Shown here: piece after piece, positions 21,984-36,915 of the stretch
How the letters are laid out: the number at the start of each line of letters is the position of its first letter
Numbering within the stretch: position 1 is the stretch's first letter
DNA from: Oopsacas minuta
Taxonomy: Eukaryota > Animalia > Porifera
Assembly (NCBI GenBank): GCA_024704765.1
Contig: JAKMXF010000317.1
Location: 248,160-312,159, forward strand
Direction: 5' to 3'
DNA length: 64,000 nucleotides
Program-made: the position numbers and the translations under genes
The notes under the pieces: generated by a model
Database searches by the model: none
What the model was told of the DNA's origin: nothing
What the model saw: the letters and a program-made list of their open reading frames with translations, nothing else

Positions 21984-24900
21984 TTCAAATAATATAACTT
22001 ATCTATATGACTATAAGTAATGAGCTCTAACAAAAAAATTCAAATCAACACAGAGACCTATACAGAGAGATATCAAATTTCTACAATTAAATGAATGGAA
22101 ATAGAATTGAGTATATTCCGCCATGCTCTAATATTCTTATATTTAAAACTACACCACAAATACAATAGTAATAACCAACTCAAATTCCAAAAACGTGTTC
22201 ACTTCAATTGTTTATTTGACCGACTTTCTGTATTGCTAGAGAAAAAACTTTGTTATTATTCGAAAGTATAGCGTTTGTGGATTACGAAAATGTCGTCAGA
22301 ATTGTAAAATGTGTGATGACATAGCATTGAGGTTTTGAAAATTTTTCCATTCCTGTCAACTATAATGTGTTATTTGACTGGCTTCTCATTATTATTTTGA
22401 TATAAAATTTCTTCTACCTACTATTGAGTATTGGTGGATTATGTGTTTAAAATTTCTTTCAAAAATATTATTTACTTTTTGAAATATTTTATTTTGAAAA
22501 ATTCAAAGAAGTTAGACTAGAGTCACTTCAGTTGCTATTTGACTCACTTATACTCATCAGATTTAAACGAAATTAGTATCATTGGAAAGAGCAGATTTGA
22601 ACGTTTTAAGTAATATGTTTGTATTTTAAAAACCTTTACTTTTAGTTACTTTTTTAGTGAAAGTTTTTAGTGCCACGACTCCCTTGAATTTACCCACCTA
22701 AAAGTCAGAATTCTATTCTGAAATTATATATGCATACTTTAGTGATATGGATGTTCATGAAAGTTAAATTTCATTAAAAATATTAACAAATCGCGGAGCT
22801 AGAGGAATTCAAATTTTAAGGCGGGAGTTAGAGTGGTAGGGGATGAATCACATTCTACATAAAGTAGGGTCTCTTCAAACTTATGTTTCTCACCCTAAAT
22901 CTGACTGAATTTCAATTATTTTTAGGCTAATCGATAGTTGAGACATAGACGTTTATTACAATATATTTTCGGGGAACGCTACAAATTATCACCAGTAAAG
23001 CCCGCAAAACTCGATAAATTCTCAGGTTTTTGTGAATTACGAATTCTAACTTTGAAATCAATTCTTGAAGTTATTTCTCTTCAGAACCCCTTCAAAATTT
23101 ATAGATACCTTCTTTCGTATCTTATAATTCAATTTCCTTAAAAAACAACAGAGGGTCGCTAGTACTTTTTTTTAACATTTGGTGGTAATATATTTTGAAG
23201 GGTTCATTTTCATTTTGAGTCATGTTAAACTTCATTCTTGCGCATACAAGTAAACACGTACGTGCCTATTAACTGTATGTAGAGTGACTAGAGTCTTTGC
23301 TAATTCAAAATTACAATGTAACATGAATATATGTAAATTAATAGTATAGTTTGGTTATAGATTAAGAGTTGTGTTATATCGCGGTAATTTCGAAAAGTGA
23401 CAAGGTAGAGTGATGTTAATGGTGGAACATGGGTCACCAATGGTAACCCATGACCCATCTGACACATCATACACGCGGCCCATGACCAATTGACCCATTA
23501 CCGGTATAGGATCAGATATTGGTTGATACGTTATCCGAGATTCTTCAGTACAACAAGATTTCCTCCAAATACAAATTAGAAAACTTGTATTCGTTGTATC
23601 AAAATAGCATATTCTTAGAACTGCCTCAAAATATGACAAATCACATATTTGAGTCTGTCCTAAAATGGTTGACTAAGTATGTTAGTATGTCTATATAAAA
23701 TAGACATACTAACATATATGTATAGTGTATATATATATATATACATGTGATTTCTGCTGTTCATACCTTTAGAAAATAAGACACCAAATTGAGCATGTGC
23801 ACTGACACCTAGTTGCTGCACCTGATATTTGAAATTGTTCTAATCTGTATTTTCCACACCTTTTGACACCTCTGTATGTTAGCCTAACCAGAATGTAGGG
23901 TTTTACAATTAGGCAAAATGTATAAAACTAATTCTGGCGGAGTGTTTGGATTAAAATTAGCATTGTAATGTATTTGTGTTGAAATAGACTGCAATTCATT
24001 GGCAGATACATTCTATTAAATATATATACACTGATTTATCATATAATTAATCGTATTTTCACACCTTTTAGTGAACATTTCAAAATTATCCTACAGCTTC
24101 CACTTGTTAAATAGGGGTAAACGGGGATGTAGAATTCAATTTTAACATTTATAAATGTCTAACAAGATTAGTAAAATTCAATTTTATTTATATTTGCTAA
24201 AATGGATATTTAGTAGAATAATATAGTTTCAATAATCCACTAAAATTAATTCGGGAAAATTTAAGTCAGCACAGACGGTGCCATGATTCGGCTGCATGTA
24301 TAGCCGTATTTTAGTAGGCAATGCCACAATTAATTATTATAGGTTCAGCATGTATTAATCAATAATTAAACAGTTAGTGGATTCAATATAAATGGATCAG
24401 TAATGTGAGGTGTTTCAATATAATTCAAAATATTGCATAATATATGAGCCCTACTATTCATAATAGGCCAAGATGCAAACACTTGGTCTATACGTATATA
24501 ATTAATGAATTCTCAAAAGCAAACGAAGAGCGCTAGTACAGAGGAATTAACCAGGAAATGCAAGAGTTAAACAATTTTGTACTCTTTTTAGCCTAAATAA
24601 TGTTATATGATATTCATACACAAAGTGTCCAACCCTCACAGTATCATTTATCTATCCCGATTCCCGACGTATTTCTCCCTATTTAACCCCCATATCAACT
24701 TTGATAATTCAATATAAATAGGTCGTTAATAATATTGTATGGATATTGGATAATGAAGGATATTTTGTTAAAATATGGGAGTTAACAATTGCCATTATGG
24801 ATTGATTTCTGATTTTGAAAACATATGATTATTGACAAGCATTGAATAACTACTTAGAAATTCGAATATATGCTATATACAAAATTGATTATCCATAGCC

Positions 24901-26265
24901 TATCATAAATATTATAGCGCAAAATTTTGGGTTCAAACTTCACGGTCTGAAACACGTTAGAAATCCCGATTTGAAGTAAATACTATATTGGACAATATTA
25001 TAACATTATCTAGTTGATCGGGGAACCACAAAGAGGTAAGAGTACTTCTACCCGGCAAGCTATGTTAGAGTTACTCTAACATAGCCTGGGCCTCCAGAAA
25101 ATCAGATTTTAAATTCGCCTTCATCGACCATTTACATTTTACACTAACCAATATATGGGTAGTACAAACTATACTTGCTACCTTAGTCGAACCATGTTTT
25201 AACAAGGCTGGGACAATCATAGCCGAGATTAATCTGCTCGAAGTCGTCGATCTGTATCATTCTCTAAACATTTGGGATTAATTGCAGTTTGGATGGTCTC
25301 TTGACTCGAACATATATATAATGAATAATTCGAGACGTATATAACAATATATTATAACGTGCGTGTAATTAAATACGAAACAATTTACTCGAAATCGTCG
25401 ATCTCTATCATTCTCTAAACATCTTCTTCAAAGTATAGTTGAGATTAGAGAGATGGACTCTTGACAATAAACTAATACAAATATTCAATATTACGACAGA
25501 TATATCTATACAAGATTAAAATACCTGAATTTACGATCACAAGCCTTTCAAATTATCACTCCCTTAGAAATAAAGTTTGTCCTTGTATTGTGTAATCTAT
25601 CAGGCAATTTTAGTTAAGAATATCCCATTTAATTAATGCAACCTATATACAAGTATAAATAGATGCCTTCAGCACAGATTGTGCTTTTATTTTCTGTCAG
25701 ACATATTCCAATCAGACTTAGACCTTTAGTGGAATTTGTCGGAATTCTTGCAGTCTGACCTATCACAGTAGTGGAGATTGATCGAACCTATTACAGTTTT
25801 CCGTTTGGTAGTGACTGAAAAACAGGAAGATCTACAAGCTGATTAAACATATGGGGTCATTTTGACATGGCTCGGATAACTTCGAGATGAAAATTCACAG
25901 ATGAAAATTCACAAAATGCAAGGTATAACAAGCCGTTGTCTAAGGCCTTGTTATACCTTGCATCCTTAGTACATGCAAAGGAGCGACACACGCATCAATT
26001 CAAAAGTGGTACGACAATGTCGTAAAATCTGTTGAATACGAGATATACTTTTCTTGGTGCTTATTGGCTGGCCGTGTATATTATATTATCTCATGGCCGT
26101 AAGGGACAGTCAAGTTGGTCAGGTTTCAACCGAACCAACATTTGGTCCACTAATGCTATAGTTTTAGCTAACCTCGGCCAACTTCCATATATTTCTGTAT
26201 ATGTCAACCTGACCAATAGAAAACTGCTTGCTACTGTCCTGTATATATATATATGTGTATATATA

Positions 26266-26725
26266 CAACGGGCGTTCAAAAAGTTCCCGACCTTGATCAT
26301 AGAATTTGAAGATATAGGATATTATATTACGCATGTGTGTTCATAATGAATCTTATTCTATTATCTATTCAGAACTACTTTAACTTTCACCATATTGTCA
26401 CTGAGTTTCTAGTTATGATTATTTCAAATTTCTCAGTTTTGGCTATCCTTGTATTTTCAAGTATTTATGGCTACAAATTTGAAATTTGAGCAAAGATCCT
26501 ATATCAAAATTCGCACGCTTCTTGTTATTGGCCCGAACGATATTCTCATTGACTTGGAAGTCGTTTATGGAGATGCTAGTCTTTCATATACTACTGTGAA
26601 GGAGTGGACCAAGCGGTTTCATGAAGGACGAGAGTCACTGAAAGATGAGAAACGAATTGTACATGTATATTCTGAATAGTTACAAAAATATGGGGTAGGG
26701 TCGTGAACTTTTTGAACGCTCGTTG
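26266..26725 (+). mobile_element. Internally deleted mariner derivative
   Basis: TIRs caacg(g/a)gcgttcaaaaagttc. Encodes only the N-terminal HTH (EQRSYIKIRT...YGDASLSYTTVKEWTKRFHEGRESLKDE). Confidence 0.8.
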
Positions 26726-29199
26726 CATATATATACCCACTGTATGACAAATATTAAAAGTTTGTTACTTCTTGGACACTATATGTTGGCGTATGTACTA
26801 TCGAATATGCTGAGTTCGAATCTGAAATCCTTTATGTTCTTTCACGTCACATTTTATCGAATTCAACTCACAAAATGGAAAAATTTGACTGACTAGCGGA
26901 TGGGGAGCATCCAGGGTTTTCAAAATCATTCACCTAAAACTGAATATTTCCGTAATCCGAGTGTTGACAAATTTCCGTACGCCTAGAGATATATTTGTTG
27001 CAGCATCTTCCACCAAGATAATTATACCCGTTATAGAATCATAGTAGTATTCAGAAAAATCATGACAATTCTGGGGTGCTGGGGGGCGCCCCCCGTTTTT
27101 ATTCTTGGGGTGCTGCTAATAGATTTTCCCCTCCCCAGGCTTCTACAACCCTCATCCAAATCTGTACAAATGCTGTCAGCATGTCAACATTCTCAGAGAT
27201 ATATCTAGATCGGTCTAGCTTCGATTTTCCGAACATCTCATTGGTCCCAGTTCATTACATACCGTATAACTACCTCGATTACTTTATCCAGTTGTAGGCA
27301 ATATATATTCTTTGTTTTGTTTTAATTAAATATTCATTTTAATAGATTTTATAATTTGTATTTTCATTGTTCTGTTTGTTTAATTCGTTAATCAAGATTA
27401 TTGATAATGTAAACCCTTAATTGTATGTCTTGATATATATCAAAAATAACAAATTGTCAACCCCCCCAGAAAACTAAAATTTTTACAGAAATTCTACGCC
27501 TGTGCAATACACTGAAATCAATCCTCAAATTGCAATTCGTTACTCTTCGGCATTCTTTGCTTACATTTAATATCATCATCCATATATTACCCAAATCGAT
27601 CATATATACCTTGTATTGTTCTAAGGACAGAAGTTGCCTGGATTGTAATGGTGGGTATGTACAAGTAATATGAGCAAAACAATACATAATTAGCCAATGA
27701 TAGTTTTGTCCAATTTTAACCGATACTGCCGAATGTTACATTCGTAATGAAAAGGAACACATTTAATTTGAACACTTCGTTTTAACCAATTCCCGCACCC
27801 AAATCGAGTTTTCAGTAGCCTAGTTCACAAAATGACACATTTTCCGGCTGTATTCGCTTTAACAAAACTTGTATGATAGCTAATTTCTTTGAATTATCCT
27901 GCCCAATGTATACAACAGATTTATGTACACAATTTACGTAGAATACATAAACAATCGAAATCTTTCCAAGCCAAATTATTATTAGGCAGTTAACAGATAA
28001 TATTTCATGATTCGAAGTTGCAACAGTATAAAGGATCGTTCAGATCTTCGGTCAAGTGTTAACTCCGCCCATTTAATATATGAATTCAAGTGTACATAAA
28101 CAAAGTTAATGTAAGGCTGCATTCTATCTTTTAGAAGTCGCAACGGGCGAGTAATTCTTCCAGAGCCCAGTCCGACACGAGGCATTCAGGCTCAGGTCAG
28201 GCTTGTGACCTCTACTATCTATGTATACTTGTATGCAGTAGTAGTAGTATTTGCACAAAGAGTTTAGTGACTGCTGATTGTAACATGGCCTACAGCTAAA
28301 TATGTCCCCGAAAAGGCCAACTGAAAATGTATTATTTCCACATATCTCGCGAAATATGTAGGATAGAGACTAAGTATGTAATAGTAAGTATGCATTTCTA
28401 CTGCCTAAATATCTCATCATACGGTTTCGGGAATTACATTTTAGAGAGAAAAATGCGGCTTTTCTAGCTGTGTTAAAACTCCATGTTTTCAGTGTTTTAA
28501 TAGTTGACAGTTGTATATAATGACAAAGGCGAATAACACGTTTCTGTGTTGCCAAGGAAATGTGTTTCTGTTTGTTGAGCCTTATAACTCTAAAATTTAT
28601 ACCAGTATTTCTGCTATAGTAAACTATGTGACATATGTGGCACATGAATTTAATATTGGGACCACAACAGGATAATATATGTGAAAATTGTTTAAAAGAT
28701 CTCTAAACGGATTTAGAATTATTTGCATTGCTGGGAATACAGTCAATTTGCAAATTGGTGATTCCCTATGAAGTGACGCCTACTTATGGTATATGTGGCA
28801 CAAAAATTAATATGTCAATAACTCAGTGACTTTTGTTCTTAACCTTTCAAAAATTGGATACCAGGGTAATTCACACCAGTATACCTCAAAAATGTTATCG
28901 GAATTGTTCCATTCCAATTCACTTTTGTGCTAGAATCAATTTCATAATTATTGTCATTATCTATTTAATTAGTTAGGTATGGCTATGAAATATATGGTGG
29001 GAAAAATATTGAAACATTTATCCCGAATGATGTCAACTAAATGGTGAAATAGGTTTATCAAGTGTACTATCTAATACATACATGCAAATACAAGCCCTAT
29101 TGCCTGTATCATTATTCAGAAATCTAGTGGTGTTCAAATATCTAAGACTGGTTGGTGTATCTATTTACACGTCATCATGTCATGTATATTAATTGAATG

Positions 29200-29485
29200 C
29201 TCCATGCCAGCCTATTCCCCGACTACCTTTACATCCCATCGAACTAACTGAAGAACCATGGGTACACTTGGGGCATTATTCTTGTTTATGACATGCCGAC
29301 CAACTCGTTTGGATATTACCACATACTTGTTGCTGAATGCTATCTCTCTAGTTTGTGGTTGGTCATACTCTAGACTAAAAGACTAAGACTACATAGAAGT
29401 AACAGACATATTACAGGATATGTATCTAGCATATGGTGTTCCTAGAACTATACATGAGCGAGGACCTGAATTCCAAAACAAGGTA
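29200..29485 (+). mobile_element. Gypsy/Ginger-type integrase core remnant
   Basis: Manual translation gives PLHPIELTEEPWVHLG...GYYHILVAECYLS...DILQDMYLAYGVPRTIHERGPEFQNK. Confidence 0.65.
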
Positions 29486-30084
29486 GTGATACTAATTTGA
29501 TCCTGCTTGCTATATTATACGTACAAGCAAGCTTCGCTTTCTTACACTTCGAGACTCGCGAACACTTTGTGTCCGCGGGTGGCACACTTTGGGTGCTCTT
29601 GTATCCTTATTGATATATGGGGCCGTTTAAACGTTACGTAACACGAATTCCATAAAATTTGACGCTCTTCACTGTGTCGCGCATTTTCACCATTTTGTAA
29701 TACAAAGAGAATGGGACCGACACACTTCGCAGAACCCTCCCCCCCTTAAGTTGTAGCGTTTCATAACGTTTGAACAGTTCCTATTATACATAGTATAGAT
29801 ATAGAGTATATCCAGTCATACAGTATAAACCATTAACACAACGTAAAGTAGAGGTCTATGGACCACATTAATTAATCTTTCATTCTACATTATTAAGTTA
29901 GACCTTTGTGAAAGTAGTTAATATTTATCTGTATTCACGTTGCTATTTTTCGCCATTTTGACCGCCTTACTCGTTGAAATATATTTAACATGGTTACATG
30001 AGTATTCTAGTAACTTTAGATTTAATGTCTGCTGAATATTTTATTAAAAGATTTAGTTTTCTATGTATTTATACTTTAATTGAC

Positions 30085-30150
30085 AATTAATACACAATAA
30101 TGCACAATTAATACACAATTAATACACAATTAATACACAATTAATACACA
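30085..30150. repeat. Minisatellite (TTAATACACAA)n
   Basis: About 5-6 tandem 11-mers. Confidence 0.85.
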
Positions 30151-32890
30151 TAGGTACAAATTTATACCATTAGCATTTTAATTAAATTACAGTATGTACA
30201 TATCATCCACAATATAGTGGTGGTTACATTGACTACTTACTTAGTAAATTTCTATTAACAAACCGTAGTTACAGGTTGAACAAATAGGACTTTGAAAAGC
30301 TTTGTGCAAGTTGGACCTATTGCATCCTACTTGGACTGGGTTAGAGTCTATATCATGTGATAGGGTAACAATACCACAATTGAAAAACCCTCCACTCTAT
30401 TATGCCAATACATTTCGACACCTATCTCAAGAGAGTTTTTGAGATATTGCTTAGATCTTAGAATTTGTTCCCAGATTTATCACATTCCACACACATGCCA
30501 AAATTTCAAGTTTGTAGCTCTTACCAGTTCCTCAATTAATTCCGGAGCAAAAAACACCATTGACAAATCTATATTATTCAATCTCAATTGTTATCTGTTT
30601 GTCTGTTTGTTTATCTGTCTGTTTCTTTGTCCGTTGTCAACGGAAGGATTTACGGTATGCGATTTTGAAATAGTTGCATAACTTGTATTTTCCGTGTTTA
30701 TCAAGGAAGTAAATAGAATTCAATACAACTTCACTAAATATATCCAACATGCTGAATCCGATTTTCACACTTTTGGGTTAATCATTTGTAAATTTATTCT
30801 TGTTTTTATGAATATAAAGTAAACAAATTTCAAGTTGAGGTAAAATCATACTTTCGGCGACTATACTGAGGTACTCGAGAATACTGAACCCGAATATGAT
30901 ATTGTAAACAACATATTGTGAATATTTGTTTACTTTTAGGTACATAAAGTAAACAAATCTCAAAATATCCATTCAGGCTTGCTCTCAACGATTACAAAGG
31001 GGATTAACCTTACAAAATAATTCAATAATATATATGCTATATGCGTATATTTATGAATTTCATTGTTCGAAATATATCAATATTATTATACCCAAAAGGT
31101 CGTTAATTTGGGGAATAATGGATACCTAGATGGCCAATGCGCTGAGTTCATCCCAAAGCGATGAGTTCAAGGCTCGTAAAGTTTAAAGCGGAATCTTCTA
31201 TCACTTTTGACATGAATACTAGCACAGATGTTTAGCTTAAAATTCTAAATTTGAATATATTACTTATGGTATTTACCCTCCAATAATTTTGAATATTTCA
31301 ATATATTTGAATTATATCCTATATTCGTTTCGAAATAACTAAAAATGTATCGACAGACCTACCCCATATTGTTTAGATACCATCACTTCAGTGCTGCAGC
31401 TTAGCTTGCTATAAAATTGTGATCTGGTGTAAGGCTGCCCCAACTAGGAATACAGACATATGGTGTGTACACGTTATTATATAGCTATTTGAGTTGCATT
31501 AATTAGAGAGAACATTATTTCAGGACGAATTGAAATGTGGGAATATTATTTTGTGTCAAGTTATCCATGGGCTCAGGAATAATTTATTGTATATTTCGCG
31601 TATTATTTGCACGCAATGATCATGAATTTTGGATTATGAATGTCTGACATAGGACTTATAATATATATCGTTAGAGAAGGATCCATGTACCGTTAGTTGG
31701 AATGATCACTAATTCACTATTTAGTGCACCATTGAAACACTGAATAATTTTTCTCGTGCTCTTGAAATTATACATTCTTTGCTCGCTCGTTCTTTACAAT
31801 TGAATATTTAAAACCCAAAGTAACCATCACATTAAATGGGAGTAATTGGATATAATTTATCCAATTAATACCATTTAATGTGATTTGCACCCCCAATATT
31901 GTTATCTTGTTATTCCACTGTCCCCAAACCACCCTCATACTATCGCACGCCACGCTCACTCTTTGCACCCCCTTTTCCAGATCCTGAATAACCCATTATT
32001 TTGTGAGTCATTATTCTTCTACAGAATATCTTTCGGTCGATTGCGAACGTGTTATAGTGTGACAAATGAAATTTGAAAACATTTTACGAATCATTCATTA
32101 AATGACTTTCCCACACCTAACGTGTCGTTTATTCATACATTACCCAATCTAGTGATTACCAGACGGTTTGTTAATTCGAGGCACAATATTAGGGGACTAA
32201 TTGACTATTATGTAGTGCCTCAAATATTATAAATGCAACAGTCGGCACAGCTTGTAATTCTATATTTTTTCTCTGAAGTCATGCCAAATTAAAATTTACT
32301 TTTTCTAAAATTGTGTCTAAAGACCCATGTTGTTCAATTTTTAGATATTATAATTATTAAAAAAGTTTGAGAATGTCATTATCACTGCCACTGTGGTGAC
32401 ATTTTCATTATTTTCCTCAATGTATCTTACTTAAATTCTACAATACTTCATCATATGCAAGAATTCCTCTCGCTGCTTGTGTTGCAAAGTTATTCATGTT
32501 CAAATTCATGTGGAAAATGACGTCATATAGATTGAGTCTATTGTATCGATAATATTGTTTCATTGTCAGTCCAATATAATCCCAGTTCCATCAAATTAAT
32601 GGAACAGAAAATGCGATGCCCTAGGTACAAGGATCAATTACAGATTCTCGTTAACACCAGTTAGGATGTCATCCACTTTGGGGGATTCGTTTTTCGGGGA
32701 GTTCGAAAAATAGCCCCTAACTATAACATTTTATCTGTAACTCAACCTTATGAAACCCAAATTTGAGAGTTTATAATGCACATAACATTTGGAATTTCCA
32801 ATTGATTTTTGAATACAATTAACAAAATATTTATGTACATTACCGATATATACATTGGTTAATCAGGAAACATAGTGGAACCAATTAGTA

Positions 32891-35800
32891 CTAATTCCTG
32901 TGTTTCATGTTGTGAATATGCCAACTAATTTGGACTCGTAAACTATTATCAATACTTTGTTGTATTAATGCCATAAAATGAGAAGATGCTTCATCTGAAG
33001 ATAGATTTGGCGTTAATACATCTTTCAGATATGCAATGTCACTCTCACTGCGTAATTCAGGCATTCCAGTATATTTCATCATTGTAAAGAGAGTAATAAA
33101 CAAACTAGAATGTTTTCGAATAATTTGGTAAGCATCGACACACACTTTGGTAAAATATTTAAAATTATCACAACCAACTCCGCCTAGAACATGTATGAAA
33201 TCTGGTGTAAGAATAAAAGAAACGGGTTCCCTATCAATGCCGAATTTCCTTTTACGGTTACCCAAAAAATGTCCGAAATCAATATGAAACAAATTACCGT
33301 CTTCACAAACCATAATGTTGTCATTATGCCTATCTCCGATTCCCAAAATATAAGTAGCTACGCAATAACCTGCGCAAGAGTACAGAAATTTCTCTTTGGC
33401 CTTGTTTAGTTGCTCTTCTTCAGGGTTTAAATTTTGCAGCCAATTTAAAAGCACTTCTTTTTGAAAAGCTTCCAAAATATTGACTTTGGCTTCCCTCTGA
33501 ATGTTGCATACAGTGACAGCGCATTGTATAATTTCTATTATTCCCTCTTCAAATCCAGTAGAGAGGCAGCCATAAGGTATAAGGTGTAAATCTAATCCAT
33601 TTACCAACCAAATATTCTCCATTATTCGGAGCATTTGAATGATAAGCATATCTTGCCGTAGATCATCTCCAATTTTAACCAGGATCTTAATATTAGTAAA
33701 TTTGCTGAACGAATCGTTATTAAGGAACTCCAGCCATAAAGGCTTTTTCTTCGAATCCATAATTTTGACTTTAGAAACATCAACTTTATTAACAGATACA
33801 AGGGGATCATAAAAGGGGCAGAATTTTTCGGGAAGTTGAATTTGGGAAATATGATTGCGTATGTTTTCAACAGTATTAACCGTATCGTCGAGGAATTGAA
33901 AATTATACATCACTTTCCTATAGTTTTCTGTTACATTTTTAATAAAACTGACTTGTGAACTTAAACAGGATAGTAATTCGGAATCACAACCTTTCAGGTA
34001 CGCTTCTAATAAGATAGAAAATCTTTCTCTATATTGGCACGTTTCTATCTCAGAACGTAAATACCAAAAATAATAATGCCCAAATACTCTACAAGATAGA
34101 GCACGGTCTAGAAGTAGCTGGGACAACGGATTATCGTGAAAACATTCAAATTTGAGAACTTGAACTAGTTGAGGCAAATATAGGATAAGATCGCCATTTT
34201 TCATCGATTCAAGATACTTTGCTCCTAAATTTCTGACTTTCGCATCCGCGAATGTATAGCTCAATAAATTTAGAGCAATATCCAGAGTAATTGGAGACCA
34301 TCTGGAAAGTAAGTAATGACATTGTCCAATTTTGACAGGATCAGCCCAATTAATACTAAGTAGGTACATTGGAAGGGCGTAAGGCCTCTGGCTACAATAA
34401 AATGAATACTTTTGGAGAGTATCTTTTTCAGCACTTGTTAGAGTAGAAAAATGACCCTTTGATAATATACTTTCAATAATACATGACTCAGCTCCTGGAT
34501 CTAATTCAGGAGCAACAGTTTCATCAGTAAAAGAATCTATACGATATTTACATTCTACAGGATGTATATAGTCATCAAATTCTAATATTAGGATGGCAGA
34601 TTTTGAATTCTCTGGGTTAATAGTAGGAGATCCTGCAGTCTTTAAGTCAACACCGCTTTTCGCCCCATATAAATAATTTAAATCTGCATTGTTATTTCGG
34701 TTGTTTATTTCATCACTTGGCCATAGATCTAATTTCTTAATCCCAGTCTGGAGAATTTCTCTGTAATCAAATACCTGAAAATTTACAGATGACAAGATAA
34801 TATCTTTTGAAACTGTTGGGCAAGGTAAGTTTTCAGAATGCAAGACATTCTGATATTTTTCGCAAGTTCCTTTTAACCTAAAGTGTATGCGTGCTTCTCT
34901 TGGCAGATTTCTAGCTGGAATGCAAAATTGTGTCCATTCATTCCATCTTGGGTAATCAGAAATCGCCACATTATTAGTTCGTTTAGATTCGCACAATAAA
35001 ATCCCCCCATGCAATAGAAAAATTTCCATATATATATATGTGATGCCAGGAACAAAAGTGTGTAGATGATCAATACCATAAATTCGAATACGAAAAAAAT
35101 TTGGAATCTGATACAATGCAATATTGGCAACCTGAGAATGATGTTGTTCAGCTGGACTCTGGACACCAGAAATATTTGGAATATTCTCTTCACTAATATT
35201 GCAAGTTGAAGGAGAAAATGTAAAATTTTCTTTTGGTATTGCAATAAATTCAAGTATATTTTTTTCATTAATAATAGTTTTTTGTATACAAGAAAGGTAT
35301 AATAGAGGTTCCTTTCCGTGTAAAAAGTTTACCTTATGAAAAGTACGAAGGACAAATTGTTTGGAAGTAATTGTAGGTAAACCAAGTTTGTCAAAAAATT
35401 GTTCCAAAAGTATGTCTGGTGAAACAATATGTAAATTTATCTCCAGAATCTTTGTTCTGTAATCATTGTATACCTTAACATGACGTATACAAGGTGTGCT
35501 ATCAAAGAGATTGATGGTATTTGTTAAATATTGGCATTTGAAAACAATATGGATCCCTCTTTTGAATCGATCTTTTTCGAATATTATCAAACTTTCTTCG
35601 AGAAAAAGATATTTCGCTATTGTTTGTCAGATCAAAATTGTACAATCCAAAGGAGATAAGTGAACCAATAATTTGATCAGAGCGCCTTAGTTCATCAGAA
35701 ATAGCAGGATAAGAGCATTCTTCAATTTCATCTGTATCCACACATTTAAACAAGTTACTTTGTAACCATAATTCGATTTTGCAGTTAGAACGGAGCATTT

Positions 35801-36076
35801 CTGAAATGTAGAGATCGAATTTCAATATAAGATCCAAGTCAACCACGGATTGAGTGCAAGGATCTAAGACCATAAAATCATCGGATTCAGTGAATAAACC
35901 TTCATGATATAAGAGATTGATTTTTCTCTCTCGTTCTAACCTTGAAATCAAATCTTCAATAAAATCTCGTAATTAAAAATGTTTGGGTAAAATAGATCCA
36001 GGGAATTCCTGACCATCAGGAAAGATTAAAGTTATTGTCCGATAATCAACTGCCCAGAATCAGGGGAAAAATCCAT
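32891..36076 (-). CDS. Class I PI3-kinase catalytic subunit (p110-like), intronless; 5' end disrupted
   Basis: RBD-C2-helical-kinase domains lie in one open frame (KIGDDLRQDML, GIGDRHNDNIM, IDFGHFLG, C-terminal W..H). The ABD/linker is in other frames at 35502-36076, with a TAA at 35973-35975. Confidence 0.88.
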
Positions 36077-36179
36077 AATGAATAAAATTCTAATTGGTTA
36101 AACAAACCTAAGGTATATTCATACGAAGACAAATCGAAATGCGAAAAATTAGGTTTCTGGAAAGAAGGATAAATCTCGC

Positions 36180-36514
36180 TCACTAATTTTAGTTGGAAGG
36201 AAAAACCAGTTAACATCTATACTATTAACTTTAATTAGGAGCGCCCTCATCGTACTTCGTTTTTTGGCAAACGCCACTGTGCATCTCCCTAAAGGAGAGG
36301 AACTAATCGCCAAACGAGAAATAGAAGGATAGTCCGGGCTTATGGCGTATTGGCATCCTCTAAACAATAAGGAATATTACATAATATGGAAATTGTGTAA
36401 TTTGTTCAAATATAACAAAATAGTTATCCTAAAGGAAACATATACAAAAGTATGAATACTAGTAAAATAGAAAAATATCAAAAAATATCAAAAAATATTG
36501 AGATGATGTAGACC
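36180..36514 (-). repeat. NHL 3' end (GLHHLNIF*) plus 3' flank, truncated
   Basis: Matches 12560-12830 joined to 13377-13460, without the Helitron-like insertion. Confidence 0.75.
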
Positions 36515-36915
36515 ATCACTTAAGTGTTGCACATCCTGATATTTTACTCTTAAGAAGGCAAGAGTATCAAAATGATTATTGCAATTCAATATTCAGGGAT
36601 TTAATCTTCGGTGATATAATCTGGATACATCTTTCGTTCCCTTCTCTCTTTGGCTGGAAGGAATCTCACTAGTTCCCATATAATTTGGGAACTAGTGAGA
36701 CTCCTTTCCCGCGGGCGGCCCCGGATATTATTCGAGGTATTACGGTGTCGTGGGATTCTGAATTCATTATCCATCAATACTACAAAGTACAAAACTCTCT
36801 TTTAATTCAGCATCCATGGTCCTTCCTAAATGTTTCAATATTCTCCTCTGTGGTGATATTTGAGCTTAGTTCCGCTCAATATATCAGTAGTCCCCTTCCC
36901 AATATATGAGTAAGT

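Noticed and set aside
22200-32800. Numerous 60-100-aa ORFs in AT-rich intergenic DNA, and antisense ORFs over real genes
   Set aside because: They show no motifs, and many are readings of MITE or Helitron-like repeats or shadows of genes on the other strand.
4120-35975. Reassigned TAA codon or ultra-short introns explaining the NPRL2 and PI3K stops
   Set aside because: TAA terminates other genes normally. Candidate GT-AG pairs break the frame or remove homologous sequence.
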